Below, piece after piece: positions 25,031-36,539 of a stretch of DNA of 64,000 nt (position 1 is the stretch's first letter; the number at the start of each line of letters is the position of its first letter). The DNA comes from Octopus sinensis (taxonomy: Eukaryota), in assembly GCF_006345805.1 (NCBI RefSeq), contig NC_043005.1, forward strand, positions 93,062,001-93,126,000. The letters are read 5' to 3'. The translations under genes were made by a program, and so were the position numbers. The notes under the pieces are model-generated. The model worked only from the letters and a program-made list of their open reading frames with translations. It made no database searches and was not told the origin of the DNA.

Positions 25031-25375
25031 TTATACACACACACACACACACACACACATCATATACACACACACATACACACATCATATACACACACAC
25101 ATACATGATTGAGAAAGAAAGAGAGAGGTGAGGAGAGAGAGATAGAAAGTAGTTGGTGCAGATACAATGCAAAGCTGGAGACTTTCTAGTCTTACTGTGA
25201 GAAAGACAACCTCTGTAGTGCCGGTACCAGAAAAAAAGAAAAAAGAAAAAATACACCCAGTCCACTAAGTAAGTGATTGACATCAGGAAAGGCATCCAGC
25301 TGTAAAATCCCTGCAAAATTGAGACATTAGGGAAATCAATTTTATTGTCTAAACCAGGGAATCTTGTCGAACCAC

Positions 25376-25378
<3 letters not shown>

Positions 25379-25428
<50 letters not shown>
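25379..25428. repeat. (TA)n microsatellite
   Basis: Direct reading. Confidence 0.95.
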
Positions 25429-25432
<4 letters not shown>

Positions 25433-26234
25433 GTGTGTTTTGATATCATATCTTCATATTATGGTGAAGCTGAGAGGAATGCATTGTGATTTTTATTCAA
25501 ATAATAAAATAACAGAAACTAGTCTTTGTAGCCATTTGCTGCGAATATGCTCTATGTCTCCTGTAGAGTGAGAATGTTTGCATATATCAGTTTTTAGCTC
25601 CACTTTAGTAATTGTTTAGTTATTGTCTTAAAGACTAAAAGTATTTTAACCTTTGGAATGTATTTATTAGAATGAAAAGAGTTTGACTCCAGTCTTTGGT
25701 TTCAACTAGAAGACAACACTAATGGACTGTTTTTAATTTTTCTTTTTCCTAATTAGTTAACTTTTCCTCACTATGTCTCACAGCAGAGAAAAATTGGGTG
25801 AAGTTGTTAGGTTTCTTTGATTGCAGATTCTGTGATATTTAGAGAATTTGTCCATAATTGTATTAGTGTCACATATATTGTATGTCACAGCACTTAACTG
25901 AATATGATCCACCAGAAAAGAATATAGCCTTGTTTTTCTAATAATTCCAAACAAGCTTTAATATTGGTTGTTTAAGTGAGTTACCATTCTCAGAATGGGA
26001 GAGGTTCAACTTGAAAGAAATAACATAGTCAGTCTGAGAGCATTAAATTACAAGACCTTTTAGTATAGAATTCTTTGTCCGATTTTCTAGTTTTTCTTGC
26101 GCGTTATTTAGTATTCTGGCCACCCAGACAGCACTTTGTCAGGCAATTGTTCTAGAATGTCAAAATGCTGCACTATCAAGTTCATTATATTTTTGCAGTT
26201 TTTCTAAATATATTTTCTTGGGAAATTTAATTAT

Positions 26235-26463
26235 TTAACCATTATACAACCATGTTTCTGTTGAAATACACTATCCTTGTTTTAATTAATTTTGAAATTA
26301 ATGAAGAATTTAGTAAAATAACTACCATTATTAAGCTGGTGTTTGGAACAGAAATTAATTTGAAATTTTGACAGAACGTTTTAACTTAGAATTTCTTCAA
26401 AACAAGAAGTCTATAGCCTAGAACCAGATGTGATTTCAGGTAGGTTGGTATCAAATAGGTTGA
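26235..26463 (+). mobile_element. MITE family M1
   Basis: Same internal core as 60862-61090. Confidence 0.7.
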
Positions 26464-26796
26464 AGTTATTTTCATTCTCTCATCTCCTAATAAAAGACTA
26501 TTGGTATGTAATTGCCAAGAATGTTCTTGTTCCATTTTGATATAGTCCCATATATGTTATTCTTGTTGAAGCAGGCATAAAAGAGATGTCTATGACACTA
26601 TAGCAGTGCATTTAGTATTTTATCATATTCAGAGTTTCAGTACTTGAAGTCTTAGGTTCAAATCTAACTAAGGCTGACTTTACTTTTGGGCCTTGCATAT
26701 TACCCTAATTTTAGGATTAAATATTGGATGAGACATTTGGTTGCTAATCTCATAAAAATATGGGGCATATACCATACTTTCACTCATTGTTTTTAG

Positions 26797-26880
26797 GTGC
26801 CGATGTTGTTACGGACGGACATAGACACACTCTTGGACTCCCATTCTTGGCCTAGCAGAATGTCCAGGATGAAACAGCTG
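26797..26880 (+). CDS. Putative 84-nt exon (VPMLLRTDIDTLLDSHSWPSRMSRMKQL)
   Basis: Acceptor cattgtttttag, strong donor CTG|gtaaga, GC/CpG higher than the flanks, only phase 0 open. Confidence 0.45.
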
Positions 26881-27159
26881 GTAAGAGAGGGCTAACTAGT
26901 TCTCATTTTCAGCTGAGTGGACTGAAGCCCTGTAGAATAGTGTGCTTTATCTTGGGACAGAACATGTCATCCAGTCCAGGAATTGATCCTATGACATTAT
27001 GATCCGGAGTCAAACACTGGAACAACTAGCACACACAATCACTTTAATTTAGTACATAAATAACTAATTTAATATATAATTTTCAGACTGTTGTAGCATG
27101 TAACTGGACACAGAAAATATTGAAAAGATGATATGAATCCAATCATATTGTTTGAAGGT

Positions 27160-27295
27160 TGTTGGTGTTAGGAAGGGCATCCGACTGTAAAAACCCTGTC
27201 AAAACAGTGAGGCCTGGTGCAGTCTTCTGCCTAGCCATCCCCTGTCAAACCGTCCAACCCATGCCAGCATGGAAAACGGATGTTGAATGATGAAC
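27160..27295 (+). mobile_element. RTE LINE 3' tail fragment
   Basis: GGTGTTAGGAAGGGCATCC...CCCATGCCAGCATGGAAAACGGATGTTGAATGATGA. Confidence 0.75.
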
Positions 27296-27569
27296 TTTAC
27301 TAAATAATAAAAGATTTCATATGATTACTTTGTTTATCAATCATTGAGTTTAACATTGTAAGGTGGAAATTAATAAGTAATAATTACCAGAGAAAAACTT
27401 GACTGAAAAACCAATGAAGAGAGACGATAAAGATTTTCTGTTTGCAGGGTTAATAAAATGGATGGCCATTTTCCTGAACAAACCACGATATCTGATGGAT
27501 ATATTTCTTCAGAAATTACCTTTAACTGACAACTAAACAACAACAGCTATACCACCACCACCACCACCA

Positions 27570-27785
27570 AGGTAGTGAGCTGGCAGACTCATTAGCATGC
27601 CAGGTAAAGTTCTTAATGGCATTTCTTTTCACTCCGGACATTTCCAATTTTACTGAGGTCAACTTTGTCCTTCATGTTTACAGGGTTGATAAAATAAAGG
27701 TACCAGCTGAATACTGGGGTTGGTATAATTGACTAGCACCCTCTGCCAACATTTCAGACCATCTGCCTGGAGCAGAAAAGATTAT
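27570..27785 (+). mobile_element. tRNA-derived SINE, family A (diverged)
   Basis: GTGAGCTGGCAGACTC head; GCAGAAAAGATTATT tail. Confidence 0.7.
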
Positions 27786-28229
27786 TTAACATCTGTTTTT
27801 TTTTTTCATGCCTGCATAGATCAGATAGAATTTGTTGGGGCAGATCTTTCTACAGCCAGGGGCCTTTCTACCAAATTTACTGTCAGTTTAGCAAATATCA
27901 AAAACATTTAAATATGTTATTAAATTCCTCAGAGAAAGAGTTGCAGTATTTTTCAGACATATTTTGAGAAAAAAAGGTGAGCAAAGGGAGGCTAGGGTCG
28001 AGAATTCACGGTCTTGTACGTGAGATGACAAGGTATCAAGATGAGGGCTTGTATAACAGCCCCATGCAACCAGTGTCTGCGTGCGGTGGGGTGTGAGTTA
28101 AATGTTATTGTTTGTCCTGCTTCTTCCAGGTGAAGAGGCAGCCATATGATGCAGCACGACTTTCCATCATATTTTTCAATATTGTCTGTTATAATATTAT
28201 TCAATGTGTACTTTATTTCCTCTTTTTAG

Positions 28230-28233
28230 GATG
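28230..28233 (+). other. Putative 4-nt microexon (GATG)
   Basis: gtactttatttcctctttttag|GATG|gtaagg: strong acceptor immediately followed by a strong donor. The alternative is a 104-nt exon from the acceptor at 28129. Confidence 0.3.
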
Positions 28234-28920
28234 GTAAGGTGTAATTTAACTCTTATTATACCAAACCACTTAAGGCCACCCTTGGTTGTATGACACTCAC
28301 TTCTGGCTGGTCTCTTACAACCAAGAGCAGTCTTAGACAAAGCCCCTGTCTGCCACAATCCTCAACCAGATCTCCCGTCGCCACTCCTTATCTGGCTGCT
28401 ACTCAACAGAAGCACCTATTGCTCCCTCATGGCCATGCATAGCACATAGCTGAGCATTTTCTACTCTCTCATTGTGATGGTATCCCATAAATTACTTAGC
28501 CCTGCCCTTTCTGTAATTATTTAAAGATCAACAAAATTTTAATTACTGAAATAATTTCTTATAAAAATGTAAATTCTTACACAATAAAACATCCAAACCA
28601 GTCTTTCCCACCCTGTTCACAAAATACCAAATTTGTGAATAAAATGGATTTTAAGTCCAGAGCTTCTGGAAGAAAACACTCACAAAATCAAGTGCCATTT
28701 GGTTTACAGTTTCATAATATCAGGAGATTTTTATTTCCATCATCCTCCATAATTGTTTTTTTTTAAGTAACAATGTAAACTTTAATAATAAATACAGTCA
28801 TTTATTAGTATTTTATAGCATTAATACTGATGTACTTTGTATAGCGACAGATTAGACATGTGTTGCATAAAATTAGTGCACAAGTGCATTAATTGGAGTT
28901 GTCCTTTTACTGTTACATAG

Positions 28921-28989
28921 AATTGCTGCATTTGGCATTTGAAGATTTGTGTGTTTTCATTACTTTGAGGATTAAGAATTGTGGCCGAT
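28921..28989 (+). CDS. Putative 69-nt exon (phase 1: LLHLAFEDLCVFITLRIKNCGR), or a non-coding UTR exon
   Basis: ttttactgttacatag acceptor and GAT|gtaagt donor; only one frame open. Confidence 0.35.
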
Positions 28990-29063
28990 GTAAGTGATTG
29001 GTGAAATTCTTTCAGGTTTATAGTTTGGTACATAAGTATTTCTGCTATTCTATTTGTAAATAG

Positions 29064-29101
29064 TGACATTATCAATGGCTTCGGTTCTCTGTGAACCTAA
29101 G
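29064..29101 (+). CDS. Putative 38-nt exon (LTLSMASVLCEPK; possible start at ATG 29075)
   Basis: 74-nt intron from 28990, acceptor tatttgtaaatag, donor AAG|gtagta; in frame with 28921-28989. Confidence 0.3.
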
Positions 29102-29514
29102 GTAGTAATCCAACTACAGAATAATAACTTGTCAGGGAGAATATTTTTGCTGAAAATGCTCAACAATTTCTCTGATGACTTGATATATTTCATGTTATTG
29201 TAATCGTGTGAATCTCCATTGATTAACTCTGTTGAACTACAAGGAACCTGTTCTGATGTTTATTGCAGGAATCTTTGTTTCTTGGCCCTCTAACTTGATT
29301 GGAGTATTTATGCCACCATTGATAATTTCTATGATAAAAACACTGGAAAGTTACTTAATTAAAATTGGTGACAGCAATAACGGGGAATGTAAAAATCTGA
29401 TTTCACTTCGTTGATTTACCAAAAGAAATGAATGCTTTCAAAATAGGCAGATGTTCGTTAGAAATTATTTTTTAAAGCAGTCATTAGATTTCTATTTTTC
29501 TAGCAATTTTAAGG

Positions 29515-29690
29515 GGAGAGGCAAGTTGATTACATCAACCTCATTGCTCAGCTGGCATTTTATCAACCCCAAAAAGATGATAGGCATAGTCAACCTCAGG
29601 GGAATTTGAACCCAGACTGTAAAGATGGACAAGATACTGCTAAGAATTTTGTTTGGCATACTCATGATTCTGCCAGCTCACTGCTGCCTT
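29515..29690 (-). mobile_element. tRNA-derived SINE, family A
   Basis: Reverse-complement match to the family A head and body. Confidence 0.7.
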
Positions 29691-29711
29691 CTGTGCTTAA
29701 TAATAATAATA

Positions 29712-30273
29712 AACGCCCTGATGCAATACCACACAGTGGCTCTCATGGCTTCTTAACTGGTTGGAAGTGTTATGTACATGTTTTGTCTTGGTATAAAAGA
29801 TGGCCTACAGCAAATATTCTGCTCAATACCACAGAATTGCTTGTCAGTTGTTTGACTTTAACCAGTTGACCATGTCCCTTAGTGGCTGACAATATATACA
29901 TCTCTGATCACGAGCAGAAGTAGTGGGGGAGCATCATAGCCATGTGTTGAGAGGGATTCTTTGGGGTTTGGATAATTCACTTCTGGAAACATGGGTGTTT
30001 TGTTCATCCTTAAACAACCCTTATTCAAGGATCTTTTGAGTGGGATGGGCTACTCGACCTCAAGAAAATCCAAAGTGGGCCTCGCCTGCAAGGTCATGCT
30101 CTGTTAATCTTGATATGAGATCATCATGTCATGTACATGTGGTTGTGATGTATGTGCCTGGTGTACCCTTCTCAAATGAGTAGTCATGATGGGTATACTG
30201 GGCTTCATATAATTGTACCCCAGTGCCACTTTGATGGCATGCACTGCTCTCTCACTCAATAATAATAATAATA
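29712..30273 (+). mobile_element. Unclassified ~550-bp interspersed element (family X), flanked by (TAA)n
   Basis: Collinear along its whole length with the reverse complement of 33921-34450; ends CTCTCACTC(AAT)n. Confidence 0.8.
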
Positions 30274-30294
30274 ACTTTTGCTGTTATAGCTACA

Positions 30295-30478
30295 AGACCT
30301 GAAATTTTTCTTGGAGGTGGATGGGGTGTGTAATTAATCCCCCCCCTTCCCATACTCAACTCTGAAAGAAGGAAAGGCTAAGTCTTCCTTGGCAGAACTT
30401 GAATGTAAAATGTATTGAGTTGGAAGAAATACTGCTCAGCATTTTGTCCAGTATGCCAACAATTCTGCCAGCTTGTTG
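30295..30478 (-). mobile_element. tRNA-derived SINE, family A (diverged)
   Basis: GCTAAGCATTTTGTCC-like and AATTCTGCCAGCT motifs on the minus strand. Confidence 0.65.
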
Positions 30479-31649
30479 CCATAACAACAACAACAACAAC
30501 AACAACAATAATAATAGTGATAATTATATTTCTTCCTTCCTATCCCTTGCCGTTTTTGCTGATAAGACTACTGACAAATGTTATGTAATAACCATAAGGT
30601 TTATTTGATAACATGAATAAAAAAGAAGCATCATCCTCTAAAATGGAAAGCAACGAATATGGCAACTTGTATTAAAAGGTTTAATGACACAGAAATGGTC
30701 AGCAGAAGGTGCAAAGAGATGCTGTTCCCTAGCTTTTGCGTCATCCCATTGCAAAAATTCAAAAATCTTTGGGTTCTCTGGAGTACCAAACATTCTTTTA
30801 AATTTCCTTTCTGCTGCTAGAAAGTCTCTTACACAAAACCTGATAACTCTGTAGAAATAGTAAGAACATTACATTTCCTCAAGATGAAGCATTAAACGTG
30901 TTGTTAGTAAAGGGCTGAGGTTTTTCTTTCATTCTTTCTTTTTTTTTCTTTTTTCCCCAGTCTAAATCTCCAATGTTCAAAATTTATAGAATCTGTTTTG
31001 GAAAAATAAAGAAATAAGTAAATGAATAATAAAAATTCTTGAATAATATTTGCTCTTAATTTGTTTATTTTTATAGCATTTATTTATTTTAGTAATTCAG
31101 GGAAGTCAAATGGGATTTCACATCCCCCTTTGTTGTTGAACCAAATTTTAATTATTATCCCTTTTGCTCTGTTTCATTACACCTTTTCATTTTTACATTT
31201 TACATTTTTCAAGAAGAACAACTTTCTCCACTTTTTTCAATTCAACATCTCTACTGCTTCTATGCTTCTAAAATCAAAACAACATAACAATCATGACTTT
31301 TACAAATACTTTTTCACACATCTTGTCAAATCATAAAGTAAACTACTTGGATCAGCTTTTAGCTGTCAGCACACATTAATGCATCCTTCAACAATTCCAT
31401 TTTTTCCTTCAGTTTACCAAAACTACACCTGACTTGCCCAGGTAACCTTTCTTCTTTCTAACATCTTTTACTCTTCACTTTTCTGTCTTTTTGCATTATT
31501 ACATCCTGTCTATTGGTGGATGCACTTTGCAATTTCATTGCTGTTTTTCTTTATTTAACCTTTTGCCACTTTCTGTTCCTTCTTTTAACTTTTTTCTGAT
31601 GAGTTACACCATATAGAATAAGCTCATTGTTATTCTTTATTATTTCTAT

Positions 31650-31795
31650 GTTCCTAGTTCAAATTCTGTCAAAGCCAACTTTGCCTTTCATCCTTTCGGG
31701 ATCGATGAAATAAACACCAGGGTCGATGTAATTGACTTATCCCCGCCCTTTCAAATTTCAGGTTTTGTGCCTTTAATAGAAAGGATTATTATTAT
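31650..31795 (+). mobile_element. Family A SINE, 3' part
   Basis: GTTCAAATTC...CTTTGCCTTTCATCCTTTCGGG...GAAAGGATTATTATT. Confidence 0.75.
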
Positions 31796-31799
31796 TGTA

Positions 31800-31885
31800 G
31801 TTTTTGTTTTGTTTTTGTGTGCTCTAACTTGACCATCGATATTGTACACCATCACTTGGACGCTTGTGGCCAATAAAAGAAATCA
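31800..31885 (+). mobile_element. Short 3' stub of a Tx1-like L1
   Basis: T-rich UTR ending GCTTGTGGCCAATAAAAGAAAT, similar to the 3' end of the Tx1 at 32312-33386; embedded in (ATT)n. Confidence 0.4.
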
Positions 31886-31901
31886 TCATTATTATTATTA
31901 T

Positions 31902-32160
31902 TATTTGATGAAAACTCACAGGTATGATGGTAAGTATCAGCTGTCCACAGCCAGTAGACCAAGGTGATATTTGTTTACTGATCATGCTTCAAGAACCCTG
32001 CAAAGAATTCTTGCAGTTCCAAGCAATACTGATTTTTGTAGGTGTTCTACCTTCACACTTACACTGATCTTTTCCAGCCATGTTGGTAGTTGAGTGCTGA
32101 TACTTCCAAGTGCACCAACTACTATTGGTTTCACGTCTACTCTCTTCATTGACCACAACC
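31902..32160 (-). mobile_element. 5'-truncated R4/Dong-clade element, second copy
   Basis: Minus-strand translation LWSMKRVDVKPIVVGALGSISTQLPTWLEKISVSVKVEHLQKSVLLGTARILCRVLEA*. Same 3' UTR and (TAA)n junction as 16087-16550. Confidence 0.85.
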
Positions 32161-32164
32161 TTTA

Positions 32165-32311
32165 TACGCAACTGGTACTTAATTTATCGACTCCAATAGG
32201 ATGAAAGGCAAAGTTGACCGCAGCAGAATTTGAACTCAGAATGTAGTGACAGGCAAAATACTGCTAAGCACTTTGTCCAGTGTGCTAACAATTCTGCCAG
32301 CTCACTGCCTT
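32165..32311 (-). mobile_element. 5' half of a family A SINE, broken at ...CCAGTTGCGTA
   Basis: Head-to-midpoint match to intact copies; the continuation lies on the + strand at 33448. Confidence 0.8.
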
Positions 32312-33386
32312 AATAATAATAATGATAATAATAATAACAATAACACTAATATTAATAATAATTAATTCTTTTAACGGCCATAAGGGCTTACATAAAATTA
32401 CACAAAGAGAGAAAAACAAGACAATACAAATGGGTTTTAAAAGCGTGTAATCAAAAAATAACATAGAAAATTAAACAAATAAAACTCCCCAAAGAGGGAG
32501 GCACTTTAAGGCTACATGGAAAAACCAACAAAAGTCACAGGTAGCCTGACCAACAGGACAACAGCCCTCTCCTTTTATTTTTACAGGCGCATGCTCAAAA
32601 TGGGTTCTTTCACACTAGCCATTCTTCCAACATTCACCCACTTTTCAACAAACTTGCTAGAAGACAACACTTCCCTCTCTACCCTCACTTTCCTTTTCAA
32701 GTAAAACTTGAAAAAGCTTATGAGAGTTTGGCCAAAGAGGAAAGTGCCTGTCTTTAGCCCTTTCAAATGTATCCACCACACTACCTCTTTTGCTACAGTC
32801 ACCAGACAAATAAAAATTGCCTGCTCCTCTTGGCCAAAGGAGAGTGGCAGGGCAATCCTCACTATGGATTCAGCTGATAGCTGGATCCATCCCACATGTG
32901 CCAGCAGGTGTTCAATATAAACTCGCAGGTTAGCAATGCTTGAGCACTGGACATGAGCATACAGAACGGTTTTGTCACTCTGCACGCACTTTGGGCAGGC
33001 TCCACCGATGGCACTTCTGTACGTTTAAAGTTTATCCCAAACGGACAGTGCCCTTTGGTAGCACTGCCAGGCCAGGGATTTCTGGAAATTATCCATAGGC
33101 CCCAGCCCAAAAGTCCTTCAGAACAGACCTGTAAGTTGATCCTTGTCGATGCCCAGAGCTTCCCCGAGAACATTATTACACTTTTCTTCCACTAACCCTC
33201 TATAGAACGTTAGAGTGGAACTACCACTGACTGCATTGCCCAACTGGCAGAAGGCTGTGAATGCTTGGTGGCACTCGAGGTGCCAAGCGCCCCTCCTCGG
33301 TCTACACCTAATCCAGGATTGCAACTCAGTCAAAGAAACCAACTGTGGGAGAGTGAAAATGTCATGACAATGTGGCAAGAATGATC
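32312..33386 (-). mobile_element. 5'-truncated Tx1-like L1 LINE (ORF2 C-terminal zinc-finger region and 3' UTR)
   Basis: Frameshifted ORFs 33118-33435, 32862-33173 and 32581-32985 give ...VLGEALGIDKDQLTGLF...CMQSDKTVLYAHVQCSSIANL...KEVVWWIHLKG...FFKFYLKRKVRVERE...ILSMRL*, the CCHC-type zf-RVT region of L1/Tx1 ORF2. 3' end GCCCTTATGGCCGTTAAAAGAA-(TTA)n. Confidence 0.8.
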
Positions 33387-33447
33387 CATTCACAGCCTTC
33401 TTCCAGTTGGGCAATGCAGTCAGTGGTAGTTCCACTCTAACATTCTA

Positions 33448-33523
33448 TACTGTGGTTGATCTAATCGACTTGCCCCCTCCCACAAAGTTTAGGCCTTGTG
33501 CCTATAGTAGAAAGGATTATTAT
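33448..33523 (+). mobile_element. 3' half of the split family A SINE
   Basis: TACTGTGGTTGATCTAATCGACT...GCCTTGTGCCTATAGTAGAAAGGATTATT continues the consensus where 32165 stops. Confidence 0.8.
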
Positions 33524-33705
33524 CATCATCATCATTATTCTTTTTATCTCGGATTTTGTTGTAACTCCTGGATTCTTGCAAGCATAGCAAGCTTGCTGCC
33601 TCTAGCCTGTGGTACCATGCTATTTATTCTTTTCAACTACCTAATACTCTACTGGTTATTTTGCCCATGCCAATGATGCAATTATTATCATCATTATTAT
33701 TATTA

Positions 33706-33920
33706 TGGCGGCGAGCTGGCAGAATCGTTATCACACTGGGCAAAATGCTTAGTGGTATTTCATGTCTTTACGTTCTGAGTTCAAACTCCACTGAGGTCAA
33801 TTTCATCCTTTCGGAGTCGATGAATTGAATATGAGTCAAGTTCTGGGATCGATGTGATCAACTTACCCCCTCCCTACAAATTTCAGGCCTTGTGCCTATA
33901 GTATAAATGATTATTATTAT
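33706..33920 (+). mobile_element. tRNA-derived SINE, family A (well preserved)
   Basis: GGCGGCGAGCTGGCAGAATCG A-box region, GAGTTCAAACTCC B-box, (ATT)n tail. Confidence 0.85.
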
Positions 33921-34450
33921 TGAGATGCCATCAAAATGATACTGGGGTACAAATATATGAAGCCCAGTATACCCATCATGACTACCTGTCTGATAAGGGT
34001 ACCTCAGGCACATGCATCACAACCATATGTGCATGACATGGTGATCTCATATCAAGATAAACAGCGTGTGACCTTGCAAATGGGGCCCAGTTAGAATTTT
34101 CTTCAGGTTGAGTAGCCCATCCTGCTCAAAAGGTCCCTTAATTAAGGTTGTTTAAGGATGTTGAACAAAACACCCATGTTTCCCAAAGTGAATTATTCAA
34201 ACCCCAAAGAATTCCTCTCAACACATAGCTATGATCTCCCCCCCACCCTTAATTCTACTCATGATCAGAGATGCACATATCGCCAGCCACTAAGGGACAT
34301 GGTCAAACAACTGACAAGCAAATCTGTGGTATTGAGCAGAATATTTGCTGTAGCTCATCTTTTATACCAAGACAAGACAATGTACATGATAACACTAATC
34401 AGTTAAGACGAGAAGCCATGAGAGCCACTGCCTGGTACTGCATCAGGGCA
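33921..34450 (-). mobile_element. Family X element, second (inverted) copy
   Basis: Reverse complement of 29712-30273; (ATT)n on both sides. Confidence 0.8.
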
Positions 34451-34472
34451 TTTTATTATTATTATTATGACT

Positions 34473-34700
34473 AAGGTGGCGCAATCTGGCAGACTCATTA
34501 GCACGCCAGGTGAAATGCTTAGCAGTATTCTGCCTGCTGCTACATTCTCAGTTTAAATTCCACCAAGGTCAACTTTGCCTTCCATCCTTCAGGAGATTGA
34601 TAAAATAAGTATCAGTTGCATACTGGGGTCAATGTAATCAACTCATCCCCTCCCCCAAAATTGCTGCCCTTGTGGCAAAATTTGAAACCATTATTATTAC
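34473..34700 (+). mobile_element. tRNA-derived SINE, family A
   Basis: Head and body match; tail GCCCTTGTGGCAAAATTTGAAACCATTATT. Confidence 0.8.
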
Positions 34701-35454
34701 TATTTTCTGCCACTGCCTCCTGCTTTGCCTTTTTTTTTTTTTTTTTTTTACAAGAGAAGGAACTAAAAGCAACCCCTATTTACTGCCAAATGATGGATTT
34801 AGTAAAGTACACCTGGGCTTTAGATACGCTTGTACTCTCAATAATTCAAATTACAACCAATGTTCAAATTTGAGAGAATTTTCTCAAATTGTGTAGCCTT
34901 TACTGTACACTTGAGTAATTGGTTTAGTAAACTAAATCAGACTTTAAAAATACCTTGTACTTGAATGGTTCAAGTACAACAAATGTTCAAATTTAACAGA
35001 ATTATTTCAAACTGTACTAACGAAACAAAAATGTAAAGTTGCCAAAGAAAAACTTCCAACAAACAAGTGAATGAATGAAACAAAACATAAACAATGCCGG
35101 CTCTTAGTAAGTAGGTCTCACCTGAGTAATACAAGGCTTTAATTAGAGATTTAATGTCTGAATAATTAACTTAGCCAACTGCTATTATGGCTGCTTGGCT
35201 ATACACTGTAGTAACAACAGGCAGCACAGACAAAACGGAATCATTGCTGGAAACTGGAATTGAACTTATCCACCATCACCACCACTACACTAACAACAAC
35301 AACAACAACTGTAGCTGCTGCTGTCTTAGTAACTAGGTTATATGAGCAGAACTGCTGGGAAGAACTTACCAAATATTTTCTTTACTAGTTCTGTCTTTCT
35401 TTGTTTATTTATTCATTTAAAGGCTGCTTTCTTTTAATTTTGTTTCTTTAGGTA

Positions 35455-35663
35455 CTCTCTCTCTCTCTCCTTCTCTCTCTCTCTCATTCTCTCTCTCTCC
35501 TTCTCTCTCTCTCTCTCTCTTATGCACACACACTCTCTCTCTCTCTCTCTTATGCACACTCTCTCTCTTTCTCTAGAATGTTGTTTAAAACTTGGCTGTT
35601 CTTTCTTAGACAAATTTTATAGACTTCAAATTTATAGTATTTTTTCAAGTGTATTCTCTCTCG

Positions 35664-35695
<32 letters not shown>

Positions 35696-35730
35696 CCTCT
35701 TTGAAATTCATTACACACACACACACACAC
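35455..35730. repeat. (CT)n/(CA)n compound microsatellites
   Basis: Direct reading. Confidence 0.9.
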
Positions 35731-36539
35731 ATCTACTGACAGTGATATCTTGATTAAATGATGCACATACCATCATTGGCTATCTTCAATGCAATTTATG
35801 TATCTGTTTGCAACACATGGATATGTTTTCTGAAAGCTCTATCGTTCATCATTGAAAACATTTTGTTCTTGCTGCCATTGCTGTTGCTGTGACTGGCAGA
35901 ATTGTTGCCGTTTTAGCTACCAGCAGCAGCATTCCCATTTTGACTTGTAGCCAAATGATTCAGCCCAACTTGTATTCTGTACTTATCTAAAAAATGTAGA
36001 ATTTTCAGCTTCACTTATTAAAAGCTAACTTTTTGTTCTGCTAATATCTCTACTCCTTCCTTTCCTTTTTCTATCTCACCTGAATAAAGGCCAGGATACT
36101 CTGCTGAACTCGTTTATCTCAAAAGGAGCCAGTTACACTTGTGCTTTTGTAATTACAAACTGTAAAATCTCCATCAAGGAACTTTTGCTCAGTTATTTCA
36201 ATGCTTAAATGTACTTAAATGTTTCACAAGCTTCTATCAAATATCATATCTTTATACTGGACATCTTATCACAGTATTTCTGTGGTCTGTGTAAGCAACG
36301 GCCTTGGTGTTCTTCGAATCGGGCTTGAATTATTGAAACAAATATCTATTTTAACTGCAAAATGTTTTGGGACAAATTGTTACAATTTGTTATAATATGA
36401 ATTGCAATATAATAAATATAATGTTTATAGTTGTATTTTAACATTTGACTCGGTATCTTCACAGTTTAAACTCATCTAAAGTTGATAATGGCTTCATAGC
36501 ATTCTCTAAGAAAGAACAGATGGCTTTCTCATCCACTAT

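Noticed and set aside
29712-29800. HDV-like ribozyme at the 5' end of family X (as in R2/R4 elements)
   Set aside because: I could not find a P1 3' strand or a nested P1.1/P3 arrangement by eye.
33201-33449. Simple L1 twin-priming explanation for the 63-bp inverted duplicate
   Set aside because: It does not account for the SINE halves on opposite strands at both ends of the block. A post-insertion inversion is preferred.
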